Numbered from the stretch's first letter, positions 18,884 to 29,955 are shown. The stretch: 64,000 nucleotides of DNA from Synechococcales cyanobacterium VAR_4_metabat_354 (GCA_031414775.1 JANOQI010000026.1:39271-103270); one strand, 5' to 3'. Notes: generated from the letters alone by a model not told the origin. Numbers and translations are program-made.

Positions 18884-20986
18884 TTACCGCCAGATTTTTT
18901 GCACTCCCGGCACATCCAGCAAATAACTTTGCACCACCTCTAGGGCAAATCGATCAGGTAAAACCTGTTGAAATTTGCTAAACCGATAACCAGGCATGTT
19001 GTTCATCAGGTAGCTAATGGTGGCTGGTTCTTGCCAAAACTCGGTCGTTAAGACCTCTGTCATCGTTTTGCTGAGAGTACCAACCCCTAAACTAGCTCCC
19101 TCAATGCGCAACTTAAAGTTATCTACTCTCACTTTCCAGCCATGGGATCTCTGAATTCCATATTTGAGGGTGTGGTTAATTTGACCACCGCCAAATGTCC
19201 ACCAGGTGGCCTGTTCGCCTTCCCATTCGATGCATTGTTGCTGGCCGCGCAGTTTTTGACCCAGATCAGTGCGGTAATTATCGATCGATACCTGAGCTAA
19301 TCGATCGATATAGGAAAACTGCTCATCAGATTTGAGGATCTGAGCCATCGCTTGGCATAGTTCAAAACTCAGTAACTGAGGGATGAAGCCTCCCCAGCTG
19401 GGTTTCTTGCCGATCGGGTTACCACGGACTAGGACAGTACGATTGTCGTGGTTGACTAAGCTGACCACCCAAGGCCGACCGCCCAGTAAAAAGGAGCTAA
19501 TTTCTGGTACTAGCTTATCCACAAAAGTTTGCTCTAGCGAGCCGATCGTATATCCGACACTAGTCTGAACTTGGTAGAGTTGCGGGCTACTAAACACTGC
19601 GTAGAGTTCCATAAAGTTGCGGCGGCCAAAGACTTTTTCGGCCTGGTTACCTAGAGACAACAACCCATTAGCACTGAATAGAAAATCTTTTTGAATCATA
19701 TGCTGAATCAAAAAATCAAATTCGGACTGACTAACCCCGGCAAAATCAGGAACGATCGATAGCTGCTCCCAGCAGTCCGAGCGGCTAATACTCCCAAACT
19801 GGAGCGCTAATGCAAAGAGCTGATGGACTAGTACTGTCCAGGTGCGATTAGCGACCTGGACCGACTCTACCCAGCCTTGCTTCGCTAGCTCGACGATGGC
19901 GATCGCTTGTAGTAGTGTCTCGGTATTTTCGGTAAAAAAGGTGGTGTTAGCCATCGAACCAGCCCGTCTTCCTGTCCGCCCCAAGCGCTGTAAAAAGGAA
20001 GAAACGGTAGTGGGCGCATTGGCTTGCAAGACGGTATCCAGGTCGCCCACATCAATTCCTAGTTCGAGGGTGGAGGTGCAGACAATGCAAGTATCCCGCC
20101 CCTGCTGAAAACGCTCTTCCGCCATGGTGCGCTCTTCTAATGAAACGGAACTGTGATGGACAAAAACATCAGTGCCACACTGGCGTAGCCGCTCGGCAAT
20201 ATCTTCGGATAGAGAGCGGCTTTGACAAAAGAACAGACTTTTTTTGCCCCGCGCTAGTCCACTGGCATCACTGGCGATCGATCCTAAAGTTTCCCGGAGA
20301 TAGACCCGAATATCGCGTTTGGTGGGTACTTTGGGTGGTTCCACCACCTGGCCGGGTCGTTTAGAACTACCCCGTAACCAAGTCAAAATAGCGGTCGGGT
20401 TGCCGACGGTGGCACTCAGACCAACGCGCTGGATGTCGTGCCGGGTGAATTTGGTGAGCCGCTCTAGCACCGATAGCAAATGAGCACCCCGATCGGTTCC
20501 AGCGATCGCATGAATTTCATCAATTACTACTGCCCGCAGATCTTTAAATAATTCAACCTGCGGCACCTTAGGCGAAAGCAGCATTACTTCTAAAGACTCC
20601 GGCGTAGTCATCAGCACCGCACTGGGGTTGGCTAAAAAAGCCTTCTTTTTACTAGCCGTGATGTCGCCATGCCACAAAAAGCGCTCTAAGCCAACCATTT
20701 CGGTATAAAGCCCCAATCGATCAGACTGGTTATTCAGCAGTGCTTTAATCGGGGCAATATAAATCACCCCGACACCAGTCGGCTCCTCTGCCACTAGTTG
20801 CGCCAAAAGCGGAAACATCGCTGCTTCGGTTTTGCCGCCAGCAGTGGGAGCTAATACGATCGCGTTATGGCCATCCAACAACGCTTGGCTAGCCAGTTCT
20901 TGGACGGGACGTAAGCTAGACCACCCCACCTGAGAGACGATCGCTTCTTGGAGGCGTAGCGGGAAGCGCTGAAAAGCTGAATCCAT
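18884..20986 (-). CDS. Lhr-like SF2 DEAH-box helicase (short form, BrxHI/SngC-like)
   Basis: APTAGGKTEAA, APIKALLNNQ, TTPESLE, DEIH, LSAT, HHSS, TSTLELGIDVG and QRLGRTGRR motifs. Confidence 0.85.
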   Translation of the reverse strand: MDSAFQRFPLRLQEAIVSQVGWSSLRPVQELASQALLDGHNAIVLAPTAGGKTEAAMFPLLAQLVAEEPTGVGVIYIAPIKALLNNQSDRLGLYTEMVGLERFLWHGDITASKKKAFLANPSAVLMTTPESLEVMLLSPKVPQVELFKDLRAVVIDEIHAIAGTDRGAHLLSVLERLTKFTRHDIQRVGLSATVGNPTAILTWLRGSSKRPGQVVEPPKVPTKRDIRVYLRETLGSIASDASGLARGKKSLFFCQSRSLSEDIAERLRQCGTDVFVHHSSVSLEERTMAEERFQQGRDTCIVCTSTLELGIDVGDLDTVLQANAPTTVSSFLQRLGRTGRRAGSMANTTFFTENTETLLQAIAIVELAKQGWVESVQVANRTWTVLVHQLFALALQFGSISRSDCWEQLSIVPDFAGVSQSEFDFLIQHMIQKDFLFSANGLLSLGNQAEKVFGRRNFMELYAVFSSPQLYQVQTSVGYTIGSLEQTFVDKLVPEISSFLLGGRPWVVSLVNHDNRTVLVRGNPIGKKPSWGGFIPQLLSFELCQAMAQILKSDEQFSYIDRLAQVSIDNYRTDLGQKLRGQQQCIEWEGEQATWWTFGGGQINHTLKYGIQRSHGWKVRVDNFKLRIEGASLGVGTLSKTMTEVLTTEFWQEPATISYLMNNMPGYRFSKFQQVLPDRFALEVVQSYLLDVPGVQKIWR

Positions 20987-21006
20987 AGTTATTATTTACT
21001 CAATAG

Positions 21007-22527
21007 TTATTGCTCATTAACTTGGTGAATATTCTCCCGCCCGAAAGTTTCAGTAATACTCAGCAATTGTTGCTCAATTTCTGGGGTGATTTCACTGCTG
21101 TGGTAACGCCACTGCCAGTTGTCAGCGATGGTGCTTGGTAGATTCATCCGGGCCTCATGACCCAGCCCCAACACGTCTTGCATTGGTAAAATCACCTGAT
21201 TAGCCACGGAGCTAAAAGCGATCCGAATCAAGTCCCAGTTAATGCCCATACTGGAGATGCCGCCCAAATAGCGCAGTACTCGATCGCGTTCATAGCTCTC
21301 GGTGCTATTGAACCAACCGACAGTAGTGTCGTTATCGTGGGTGCCGGTATAAACTACAAAATTGCGGTCGTGGTTGAAAGGTAAAAAGCCATTGGCATTA
21401 TCCGAGCCAAAGGCAAACTGCAACACCTTCATGCCAGGAAAATTAAATTTATCCCGCAGAGCCTCCACCTCGGGGGTAATAACCCCCAAATCTTCGGCCA
21501 AAATTGGTAAATGACCTAACTGCTTTTCTAGTTCCTGAAAAAACTCGATACCAGGGGCGACTACCCACTGACCATTTTCGGCTGTTTTTTCGCCCTGAGG
21601 CACTGCCCAGTAAGCCTCAAACCCCCGAAAATGATCGATACGAATGATATCGACCAAGTTAAGCAAGGCGCGAAAGCGACTGATCCACCAAGCAAAATTG
21701 GTTTTTTCGAGATGTTCCCAGTTATAAACCGGATTGCCCCACAGCTGGCCAGTTTCACTAAAATAATCCGGCGGTACTCCAGCCATCATTGCCGCCGCAC
21801 CGGTTTCGGGGTCTAATTGAAAGCTGGCCTGGTTTGCCCAGACATCAGCACTATCGTGAGCAACATAGATCGGAATATCTCCGATAATTTGAATGCCTCG
21901 ATCGCGAGCATAGGCTTTTAGCATCAGCCATTGGCGATGAAAAACAAACTGGACAAACTGATAGTAAAAAATCCGATCAATCAATAGTTCTTGATGTTCA
22001 GTAATAGCCTCGGGTTTACGCCCAGCGATCGATTGCGGCCATTCATACCAAGGAGCATCTTGATAATGCTCATGCACTGCCATAAACAGGGCATATTCGG
22101 GTAGCCAGTGCGCCTGCTCCTGCACAAACTTTTGAAAATCTTGGTGATCTTCAACTTCGCCATGATGACGGAAATGAGCACAAGCTAAGTCTAATATTTC
22201 AATTTTGGCTGCAATAACTTGATCGAAATCAACTTCTAAGGAGGGAAAATCTGGCAGCTTGTTTAGATCTGCTGTTTGAACCCAGTCACTAGCTACTAAT
22301 CTATCCAAACTAATCAGGAGCGGATTACCAGCGATTGCCGAGTAGCAAAGATAGGGCGAATTGCCATAACCCGTTGGCCCCAGGGGTAAGATCTGCCAAT
22401 AGGTTTGCTTGGTACGTTGGAGAAAATCGATAAACTCATAGGCACTATCCCCTAAATCCCCAATGCCGTAGGGACTGGGTAGGGAGGTGGGATGGAGCAA
22501 GATGCCGCTGGAACGAGGAAAAGTCAT
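21007..22527 (-). CDS. malQ: 4-alpha-glucanotransferase (GH77)
   Basis: [43 protein letters not shown] and YTGTHDNDT motifs. Confidence 0.96.
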   Translation of the reverse strand: MTFPRSSGILLHPTSLPSPYGIGDLGDSAYEFIDFLQRTKQTYWQILPLGPTGYGNSPYLCYSAIAGNPLLISLDRLVASDWVQTADLNKLPDFPSLEVDFDQVIAAKIEILDLACAHFRHHGEVEDHQDFQKFVQEQAHWLPEYALFMAVHEHYQDAPWYEWPQSIAGRKPEAITEHQELLIDRIFYYQFVQFVFHRQWLMLKAYARDRGIQIIGDIPIYVAHDSADVWANQASFQLDPETGAAAMMAGVPPDYFSETGQLWGNPVYNWEHLEKTNFAWWISRFRALLNLVDIIRIDHFRGFEAYWAVPQGEKTAENGQWVVAPGIEFFQELEKQLGHLPILAEDLGVITPEVEALRDKFNFPGMKVLQFAFGSDNANGFLPFNHDRNFVVYTGTHDNDTTVGWFNSTESYERDRVLRYLGGISSMGINWDLIRIAFSSVANQVILPMQDVLGLGHEARMNLPSTIADNWQWRYHSSEITPEIEQQLLSITETFGRENIHQVNEQ

Positions 22528-22623
22528 AGGAGTAGTGCGGGGAGAAACTTCAGTCTGGGGAAGCTGAGACTAATACCCAATAATATATGGGAAGATTGGA
22601 ACACAATCGCAACAATATTTGCC

Positions 22624-23061
22624 GTGGCTTACCGTAACCCAATCCCGACCGTCGATATTATTATTGAATTGATCGATCGATCAGATTGTCCGATCGTCTT
22701 GATTGAAAGATGTAATAAACCCCTGGGCTGGGCTTTACCAGGCGGTTTTGTGGACTATGGAGAATCCCTAGAAACAGCAGCGATCAGAGAGGCACTAGAA
22801 GAAACTAGCCTGACAGTGCAGTTGGTGGAACAGTTCTATACTTACTCCGATCCCCAGCGCGATCCCCGTCAACACACTCTCAGTCAGGTGTTTATTGCTA
22901 CTGCTACTGGCACCCCCCAGGCTCAAGATGATGCTAAAAGCCTAGATATTTTTAGTCTGGCCGCGATTCCCGCTGATCTGTGCTTCGACCATAGCCAAAT
23001 CTTGGCTGACTATCGACGCTATCGTCTAGAAGGATTGCGCCCTCGCCTAGCAAAGCAGTGA
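22624..23061 (+). CDS. NUDIX hydrolase
   Basis: [26 protein letters not shown]udix box and RDPR; likely GTG start at 22624. Confidence 0.9.
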   Translation: MAYRNPIPTVDIIIELIDRSDCPIVLIERCNKPLGWALPGGFVDYGESLETAAIREALEETSLTVQLVEQFYTYSDPQRDPRQHTLSQVFIATATGTPQAQDDAKSLDIFSLAAIPADLCFDHSQILADYRRYRLEGLRPRLAKQ

Positions 23062-23074
23062 TAAACTAATCTAA

Positions 23075-23100
23075 CAGGGGTGAGCGCCGCCGAACCCCTG
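23075..23100. terminator. Hairpin between convergent genes
   Basis: CAGGGGT...ACCCCTG inverted repeat. Confidence 0.4.
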
Positions 23101-23958
23101 TTAGATTAGTTTATCACTCTTTAATTGCCACAGTTGGGTTTGATAGCAAAGATGCTTATCAAAAATATCATTGGAAGTCAGTCCTTCTTCAATTACCTTG
23201 CCAAAGATTGGAGTAAGAATGCGTTTGAGCAGAGCATAGATCGGTGGTACGGCAATCATCACCAAATCGCTGAGATACTTGATCGTAGTCATCCCAAAAC
23301 TCTTAAACATAAAAACATACAAGTCTAGACTCGGCCGTACCTTATCAGAAATATCTTCTTCTTTAACTAGCTGAAAGCCCGCATCCGTCATGGCGGCTTG
23401 GAGTTCTGATAGTAAGCGACAGTTAGAATAAATGCCCGAAGTGTAATTCGCATCCAATAACATCATGTCGCACATTAAAACATGGCCATGGGGAACTAGG
23501 AGTTTGGCCGCGCCCTGAGCAATATCTTTAGCATTAATATATTGTGTACTTTCGCTAAATAGCAACATGTCGTATTTAGTAGCCGACTGAAAATCTTCAA
23601 ACCGACTGAGATGAAACTTGGATTCACCCTTGGTATTGTATAAGTACTTTTCTTGTTGTAATTGGTCGGGAGCCAAACCTTCGATGGTGAAGCCTTGGGC
23701 TGACAAATAGACTGAATTACCCCCAATGCCACAGCCTACATCCAGAATGTGCTTGACTCCAGCTGGAATAAAAGAAGCTAAATGTTTGATGTAAGCCGCT
23801 TGGGCGATGCGCAAGTTAGCTGCCGTTAAATCATCGTCAGAGGCGGGCGGATTTTCCCAGTATCCATAGTGAAGATAGATAGAATCGGTCAGCCCGAGGT
23901 AATATTCCAGTGCGGCATTTTGGTAACGAGTGTGCTTAGGGATTTTGACCGATTGCAT
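23101..23958 (-). CDS. Class I SAM-dependent methyltransferase
   Basis: YLHYGYW and ILDVGCGIGG motifs; substrate unknown. Confidence 0.85.
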   Translation of the reverse strand: MQSVKIPKHTRYQNAALEYYLGLTDSIYLHYGYWENPPASDDDLTAANLRIAQAAYIKHLASFIPAGVKHILDVGCGIGGNSVYLSAQGFTIEGLAPDQLQQEKYLYNTKGESKFHLSRFEDFQSATKYDMLLFSESTQYINAKDIAQGAAKLLVPHGHVLMCDMMLLDANYTSGIYSNCRLLSELQAAMTDAGFQLVKEEDISDKVRPSLDLYVFMFKSFGMTTIKYLSDLVMIAVPPIYALLKRILTPIFGKVIEEGLTSNDIFDKHLCYQTQLWQLKSDKLI

Positions 23959-24185
23959 ATTTCACTTTAGATAGTAGTTATGGGTATTTCGATATGGGAA
24001 TGCGTCCAATCAATCCTTTCTTCAGCAAATTAGGACGCTCTAACTAGGCCATTGTTCCATGGGGTTTATGGTGATAAAGACTGTGGCCATCACCGAATTC
24101 ATAGGATAACCTATCATGCTTTAGACAATTATTCTGATATTTGTTGATCAGCCTGCCCTCAAGCTTATTGTTCTATGGTTTTTAG

Positions 24186-26207
24186 CTAATTTAGAGAATT
24201 GGGCGGTATTGATTTTTGCAATTCTTCGATCTGAGCATAGGTGTTTTGGAAGCGTTGGTGTATTTCTGCTAGTCCCAGCGGCTGGGCTTCTTGATCAGGG
24301 ATGGTCGTTAAGTCATTTTCTAACGAATTTAACGAGTCTTGTATTCGTGTTAGAGCCAAAGTGAATTGAATTCTATTACTGGGGGAAAGTGTCGCTGGTA
24401 GGCTGTTGGTCTTGGCCTGATCATTAGCGAGAACGTGCTGAAGTCTTTTTCGTTCTAGTAAATTGAGGATGCGTAAGATAATTTCTGGTTCAACTACTGG
24501 CTTGGTGACAAAATCATCAGCGCCGATCGCAAATACTTCCTGAATTAAACTGGAAGCATTATGAGCAGTCAGAAAAATAATTGGCAATTTTGACCAATCT
24601 GGGTGATTGCGGACTCTGCGACATAGCTCCAATCCATCGATATCAGGCATTTCTACATCCAGAATCAAGAGATTAGGTTGGACTGCGTTTACCACCGCCC
24701 AAAATTGCCGGGGGTCAGATAAAGTGGTGACTTTTAAGCCCCAGGGTGCCAGCATGGCTTGTAAAATAGCTGGAACCTTGGGGTCATCATCTACCACCAG
24801 TATATGGGTTTGGCTGCGTTCTACTTCAGCAATCGCCAAATCGAGAGTGGTTATGATATTGGTGACGCTAGTCGAGGGCAGGTTAATGCAAATCCCGATC
24901 TGTGTCATTTCTGGATATGTAGTGGTTGAATTTAAAACTATCGGTATCATCGGTACATGCTTGCTGACTTCTACCACTAAACGTAAAATTTCCTCAAATT
25001 GATCGGCTATAGAAGAACCAATTAAAATACTGCGAATGATGCATTTTTGTAGCTGTGCTCTAGCCATAGAGATCGAAGAAGCTATTTTGACGCTCCAGCC
25101 CCGATCGCGGGCTGCGGATTGGATGGCCAGGTTGAAATCATGGTCGGCTGATATCAGTAGCACCGTGAGGGTGTTGTCTAAATCAAAGCTGTGGACATCA
25201 GCAATCGAAATCGGTCGGTTTAGTTCTTGTTGAAGAGCTGCCACCAAAGAATAGAGGTTTTGTCCTTGTTCATCGCTTAATTTTTGCGGGTTATTTAGCA
25301 ATTTCTCAATTTGTTTAGCTAATTCAGAGCCAACTGGAAAACCAAAAGTACCGAGGGAACCACCCAGGGAATGAGCGATTTCTTTTCCGGTCACTTGCCA
25401 ATCTAATGGCAGATCTTTTCTTAAAAACCTGACAGCGAGCTGTTCTAATACTGCTACTTGTTCATGAATTTGATCTTTGAATTTTTCCCAGGCATTGATT
25501 AGTAATTGACTAGTTTGCGGAGAATTATGAGTGTTGAGGGGCTTGAGCCGATAACCAATGCCGTAAACTGTTTCCACACAATCGGTGGTGGCTCCTGCTC
25601 TTTTGAGCTTTTGCCTAATTCCTTTGATGTGAGTACGAATCGCTTCTTCACTAGGAGCCTCATCGTAAGACCACAGATGATCTAGGATGGCATTGCAGCT
25701 GAATACACGCTTGCTGTTGCGCAGAAATAACTCCAACATGGCATATTCTTTGGGGGTAACTGCTACCGATCGATCGGCATAGGTCACAGTGGCGCTAAGT
25801 GGATCTAGTTGTAGCTCTCCCCAAGTTAAAACAGGTTTAGAGAGGTTGCTACTGCGCCGGAGTAGAGCATGTACCCGCGCTAAGAACTCTTCTGGATCAA
25901 AGGGTTTGCCTAAGTAATCATCGGCTCCCGCGTTCAGGCCGCGCGCTCGATCGGCTGGAGAATCTAAAGCAGTTAGTAATAGTACTGGTACTTGGCTACC
26001 ACGCGATCGAACCTCTTGACAAATGCTAATACCATCGCGCTTGGGTAAACTAACATCGAGCAAGATCAAATCGTATTCATAGGACTCGCTTAACTCCAAG
26101 CCTATTTGACCATCATTCGCTAGGTCTACAGCGTAATTTTCCTGGTGGAGAATGGCTTCTATTAGTTGGGCAATGTTGGGATCATCTTCAACTACCAGAA
26201 TTCTCAT
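24186..26207 (-). CDS. Multidomain response regulator, RcaC-like (REC-OmpR wHTH-Hpt-pseudoREC-REC)
   Basis: MRILVVEDD/LILLDVSLP REC; ETVYGIGYRL wHTH; AHSLGGSLGTFG Hpt; second REC ILVVDDD/LLILDVEMP. Confidence 0.85.
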   Translation of the reverse strand: MRILVVEDDPNIAQLIEAILHQENYAVDLANDGQIGLELSESYEYDLILLDVSLPKRDGISICQEVRSRGSQVPVLLLTALDSPADRARGLNAGADDYLGKPFDPEEFLARVHALLRRSSNLSKPVLTWGELQLDPLSATVTYADRSVAVTPKEYAMLELFLRNSKRVFSCNAILDHLWSYDEAPSEEAIRTHIKGIRQKLKRAGATTDCVETVYGIGYRLKPLNTHNSPQTSQLLINAWEKFKDQIHEQVAVLEQLAVRFLRKDLPLDWQVTGKEIAHSLGGSLGTFGFPVGSELAKQIEKLLNNPQKLSDEQGQNLYSLVAALQQELNRPISIADVHSFDLDNTLTVLLISADHDFNLAIQSAARDRGWSVKIASSISMARAQLQKCIIRSILIGSSIADQFEEILRLVVEVSKHVPMIPIVLNSTTTYPEMTQIGICINLPSTSVTNIITTLDLAIAEVERSQTHILVVDDDPKVPAILQAMLAPWGLKVTTLSDPRQFWAVVNAVQPNLLILDVEMPDIDGLELCRRVRNHPDWSKLPIIFLTAHNASSLIQEVFAIGADDFVTKPVVEPEIILRILNLLERKRLQHVLANDQAKTNSLPATLSPSNRIQFTLALTRIQDSLNSLENDLTTIPDQEAQPLGLAEIHQRFQNTYAQIEELQKSIPPNSLN

Positions 26208-26316
26208 AAGCCAATGCCTGGGATATTACCTGTTGATCATTGCACAATTTATGTCCAATCTGAAACCGCTATGCTACAAAAGCTAGCCTAAGATTGGCGA
26301 AACCTAGTCTAGGTAT

Positions 26317-26598
26317 CTACTCTGCGCTGGTTTCTGGCCACAGCAATCGCACCGCCATTATGGCAAATCCAGCAGCAGCCAAACCTTTTAAAATCTTGGC
26401 CGGAAACAGTATCGATACCGAACCACCGGCTAATACTCCGATCGCACTGGCTAACAACAAAGCCGCTACCGAACCAAAAAATACCGCACGGGGGTGATTA
26501 GAACTACCACTGATGGCGATCGCGGCCAACTGACTTTTGTCACCAATTTCCGCGATAAATACCGTAATAAAACTCAGTCCGACTAATTGCCAATCCAT
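26317..26598 (-). CDS. Half-size TMEM165/GDT1 (UPF0016) Mn/Ca transporter subunit
   Basis: Single EIGDKSQ (E-phi-G-D-K-[ST]) motif, 93 aa, 3 TM. Confidence 0.85.
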   Translation of the reverse strand: MDWQLVGLSFITVFIAEIGDKSQLAAIAISGSSNHPRAVFFGSVAALLLASAIGVLAGGSVSILFPAKILKGLAAAGFAIMAVRLLWPETSAE

Positions 26599-26600
26599 AG

Positions 26601-26762
26601 TGCTCTGTCAAATTCTAGTGGTTAACCGCAGCGCCGTCTTACCTCAGTTTATGACCTGGCAAAAGCCAGGTGGGCGCATTTGGTTTTAGGTGCTAAGTTT
26701 CTGAGTCCTTGCTCAGTTTACCGCAACGAAAACAGCTCAGTTCCCGAATAAATCAAGCAAGA
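26601..26762 (-). ncRNA. ssrS: Probable 6S RNA
   Basis: Ends pair (TGCTT..ATTC.GG.AACTG.GCTGTTTT with AAGACGGC..CGGTT..CC..GAAT..GAGCA). Internal hairpins CTGAG..CTCAG and CCTGGC-TTTT-GCCAGG. AATAAT -10-like box upstream. Resembles cyanobacterial 6S as I recall it; ends approximate. Confidence 0.65.
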
Positions 26763-26817
26763 TCAAAAAACATTATTGGCAGTCACCAACGCCGCAGTTA
26801 AACCACTTTCCCTATTA

Positions 26818-28056
26818 TTACTCAAGATTCATGAACTTGGCCACCGTGTTCACGTCCTTATCGCCGCGCCCCGAGCAGTTGAGGACTAGTTTGGGACTGC
26901 CACTTAGCTGAGGGCAAAGAGTTTCGAGGTAGGCGATCGCATGGGAAGTTTCCAAGGCGGGAATGATCCCTTCCAGCTGCGATAGGCGCTTGAAGCCTTC
27001 TAGAGCTTGAGCATCAGTGACGCTATAGTACTCCGCCCGTTGAATATCCTTGAGGAAACTATGCTCGGGTCCCACGCCCGGATAATCTAGACCAGCGCTA
27101 ATAGAATGAGCTTCGGTGACTTGACCGTCGCCATCTTGGAGTAGGTAACTCATGGCTCCATGTAGCACGCCCGGTCTGCCCATCGTGAGAGTGGCAGCAT
27201 GTTTGCCAGTTTCGATCCCCGAACCAGCGGCCTCAATACCAATCAGCCTGACTGAGTCTTCCTGCATGAATTCATGGAATAGCCCCATGGCATTGGAACC
27301 CCCACCTACACAAGCTAGGAGAATATCTGGTAAGCCATTCCATTTTTCTTGAGCCTGCCGCCGGGTTTCCACGCCAATGATCGCGTGGAAATCCCGGACA
27401 ATCATCGGATAAGGGTGCGGACCGGCCACGGAACCGAGAATATAGTGGGTGGTTTCGACGTTGGTCACCCAATCTCGAATCGCTTCAGAAGTCGCATCCT
27501 TCAGCGTGCCGGTACCGGAGGTGACTGGACTCACCGTCGCGCCCAACAAACGCATCCGAAATACGTTCAAAGACTGCCGCTGCATGTCTTCGATACCCAT
27601 ATAGATGATGCACTCTAGGCCAAACCGGGCACAGACGGTAGCGGTGGCCACGCCATGCTGACCAGCGCCCGTCTCCGCAATAATCCGCTTTTTGTCCATC
27701 CGCCGTGCTAGCAGCACCTGCGCTAGAGCATTATTGATTTTGTGGGCACCAGTATGGTTCAAATCTTCCCGCTTTAAGTAAATCTGCACTCCACTGCCGT
27801 CGGGGCGGGCATAGTGCTGCGTCAAACGTTCGGCAAAGTATAAAGGGCTGGGACGACCGACATAATCATGCAGCAACCCATGTAGTTCTGCCCGAAAACT
27901 AGGGTCTTTGGTGTGTTGATAAAAAGCCGCTTCCAGTTCAGCCAGCGCGGGCATTAGGGTTTCGGGTACATATTTGCCACCAAATTGTCCAAAACGCCCC
28001 AACTTGTCGGGTTGAGCGGTAGTTTTAGCAGTGGGGGATAGGGGCGTTTGGGTCAT
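26818..28056 (-). CDS. trpB: Tryptophan synthase beta chain
   Basis: [44 protein letters not shown] and SGRGDKD motifs. Confidence 0.98.
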   Translation of the reverse strand: MTQTPLSPTAKTTAQPDKLGRFGQFGGKYVPETLMPALAELEAAFYQHTKDPSFRAELHGLLHDYVGRPSPLYFAERLTQHYARPDGSGVQIYLKREDLNHTGAHKINNALAQVLLARRMDKKRIIAETGAGQHGVATATVCARFGLECIIYMGIEDMQRQSLNVFRMRLLGATVSPVTSGTGTLKDATSEAIRDWVTNVETTHYILGSVAGPHPYPMIVRDFHAIIGVETRRQAQEKWNGLPDILLACVGGGSNAMGLFHEFMQEDSVRLIGIEAAGSGIETGKHAATLTMGRPGVLHGAMSYLLQDGDGQVTEAHSISAGLDYPGVGPEHSFLKDIQRAEYYSVTDAQALEGFKRLSQLEGIIPALETSHAIAYLETLCPQLSGSPKLVLNCSGRGDKDVNTVAKFMNLE

Positions 28057-28125
28057 AATGAAGGTGGCGGCCAGCTAAATATTTTGGTTGCTACTCATCT
28101 TACTGAATAATTTAAGTTGAAAACA

Positions 28126-28476
28126 ATGGCTGGTAAAAAGCAGAATTCTGGGAATGACGAACGGCGGGTAGTGTATCGGGAATTTGGTGAGGCTGAACCG
28201 GGGGCGTCGCTAGCACGGCCAGATGTACCCCCGCAGCAACAAAACCTTAAGATTCAGGCTTCGCGCAAGGGGCGGGGCGGTAAAACCGTGACGGAAATTA
28301 CTGGTTGGCAGGTCAGCGCCGAGACCTTACAGCAAATTACTAAGCAGCTGAAGAATCAGTGTGGTTCAGGTGGTGCTTGCAAAGAAGAATTGATCGAGAT
28401 TCAAGGCGACCACCGCCCCAAGATATTGGAGATTTTGACGAAGTTAGGTTACAAGTGCAAAATTAGCGGGGGCTGA
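28126..28476 (+). CDS. Translation initiation factor SUI1/YciH family
   Basis: RKGRGGKTVT, LKNQCGSGG and IEIQGDHR motifs; ATG at 28126. Confidence 0.9.
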   Translation: MAGKKQNSGNDERRVVYREFGEAEPGASLARPDVPPQQQNLKIQASRKGRGGKTVTEITGWQVSAETLQQITKQLKNQCGSGGACKEELIEIQGDHRPKILEILTKLGYKCKISGG

Positions 28477-28522
28477 GGTTGGCTTGTGGTAGGATTAAGT
28501 CCAAATTTCCTACCACATTGCC

Positions 28523-29800
28523 ATGCTCGCTGTTTTTGCTGCTGCCCGCCGCCGTTGGCTGTTGGGATTGATGACTTTGAGCTTGATCTCAGTTTTGACT
28601 TGGCCAGTGATCTCGCTGGGTCAGACTGGCAGACACTCAGCAGTCAATCGCCCCGAGATTCGGGGGGTCTGGATGACGAATATTGATAGCAATGTTTTGT
28701 TTCAGCGCCAGCGACTGCGACAATCGATCGACGGGCTGCAAAAACTTAATTTCAACACGATTTATCCGGTGGTTTGGAACTGGGGATATACGCTGTATCC
28801 CAGTAAAGTTGCCCAAAAAAATGTGGGCCAGCGAGTAATGCCGAATCGATCGATCGAACTCATCTCTGGTAAACCATTGCCAAAGGGTGAAGGACTGACT
28901 GGTCGAGACATGCTGAAAGAAGCCGTGGCGCGCGGGCATCGGCACAAAATGGCGGTAATTCCCTGGTTTGAATTTGGCTTGATGGCTACTGCCCCCAGCG
29001 ATCCATCCGGTTCAGATTTGGCTAAAAGACATCCCCAGTGGCTAACCAAAAGACGTGATGGCACTACGGCTTACAAAGAAGGCCGTCACGAGCGAGTCTG
29101 GCTAAATCCTCTACACCCGGGGGTGCAGAGATTTATCAAAGATTTAATAGTGGAAGTAGTCCGTAACTACGATGTTGATGGTATTCAGGTAGATGATCAC
29201 TTTGGCTATCCTTTTGAGTTTGGCTATGATGATTTGACGGTGAGTGTTTATAAAGCCGAACACCAGGGTCAAGCGCCGCCGATCGATCCTAAAGATGTGG
29301 AATGGACGAACTGGCGCGCCAATAAAGTCACTGCTTTATTAAAGGACTTATTCAAAGAGGTTAAAAAGGCTAACCCCAAAGCAATTATTTCAGTTTCCCC
29401 GAATCCGCAAGAGTTTTCTAAGAGTGTCTTTTTGGCGGATTGGGTAGCTTGGGAGCGAGCTGGCTTGGTGGAGGAGGTGTTAATTCAGGTGTATCGCAAT
29501 AGTTTGGATAAGTTCGAGGGAGAACTACAACAACCAGAAGTGCAGCGCGCTAAGTTGCACATCCCGGTGGGCGTTGGCGTGCTGGCTGGCCTAAAACCGC
29601 GCCCAATTAAGATGACCCAGATTCGTGAACAGGTGCAGGCTGTGCGACAGCAAAAGCTGGCTGGCACGTCGTTCTTTTTTTATGAAACGTTGTGGAATAT
29701 CAAGCCACCGACAGAAACTGTGATAGACAGGCAGGCTGGGTTTAAGCAGTTATTTGCTCGATCAGTGCCCAGAGCAGCCATCAAAAATCTTCGGCAGTAA
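28523..29800 (+). CDS. Glycoside hydrolase-like family 10 (GHL10/DUF187) exported protein
   Basis: Signal peptide; EIRGVW, NTIYPVVWNWGYTLYPS, WLNPLHP.V and YDVDGIQVDDHF motifs. Confidence 0.85.
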   Translation: MLAVFAAARRRWLLGLMTLSLISVLTWPVISLGQTGRHSAVNRPEIRGVWMTNIDSNVLFQRQRLRQSIDGLQKLNFNTIYPVVWNWGYTLYPSKVAQKNVGQRVMPNRSIELISGKPLPKGEGLTGRDMLKEAVARGHRHKMAVIPWFEFGLMATAPSDPSGSDLAKRHPQWLTKRRDGTTAYKEGRHERVWLNPLHPGVQRFIKDLIVEVVRNYDVDGIQVDDHFGYPFEFGYDDLTVSVYKAEHQGQAPPIDPKDVEWTNWRANKVTALLKDLFKEVKKANPKAIISVSPNPQEFSKSVFLADWVAWERAGLVEEVLIQVYRNSLDKFEGELQQPEVQRAKLHIPVGVGVLAGLKPRPIKMTQIREQVQAVRQQKLAGTSFFFYETLWNIKPPTETVIDRQAGFKQLFARSVPRAAIKNLRQ

Positions 29801-29955
29801 ATTGGCGCTGTCTGCGTGAAATACTTAAACTCCTGATTTCATAGATAAAGCAACCGTCAAGTGAGTACTTAAATTAAGCTAATTCCCCCGCTGGTGAATT
29901 ATGCGGCTTCGTCGGTGAGAATATAACCATGTCCGCCCTTCATTGGTAATTTTTT

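Noticed and set aside
26601..26762. yybP-ykoY manganese riboswitch upstream of the UPF0016 gene
   Set aside because: The context is suggestive, but the GGGGAGUA / GAGACC-type motifs are not evident. End-to-end pairing fits 6S RNA better; cmscan is needed to settle it.
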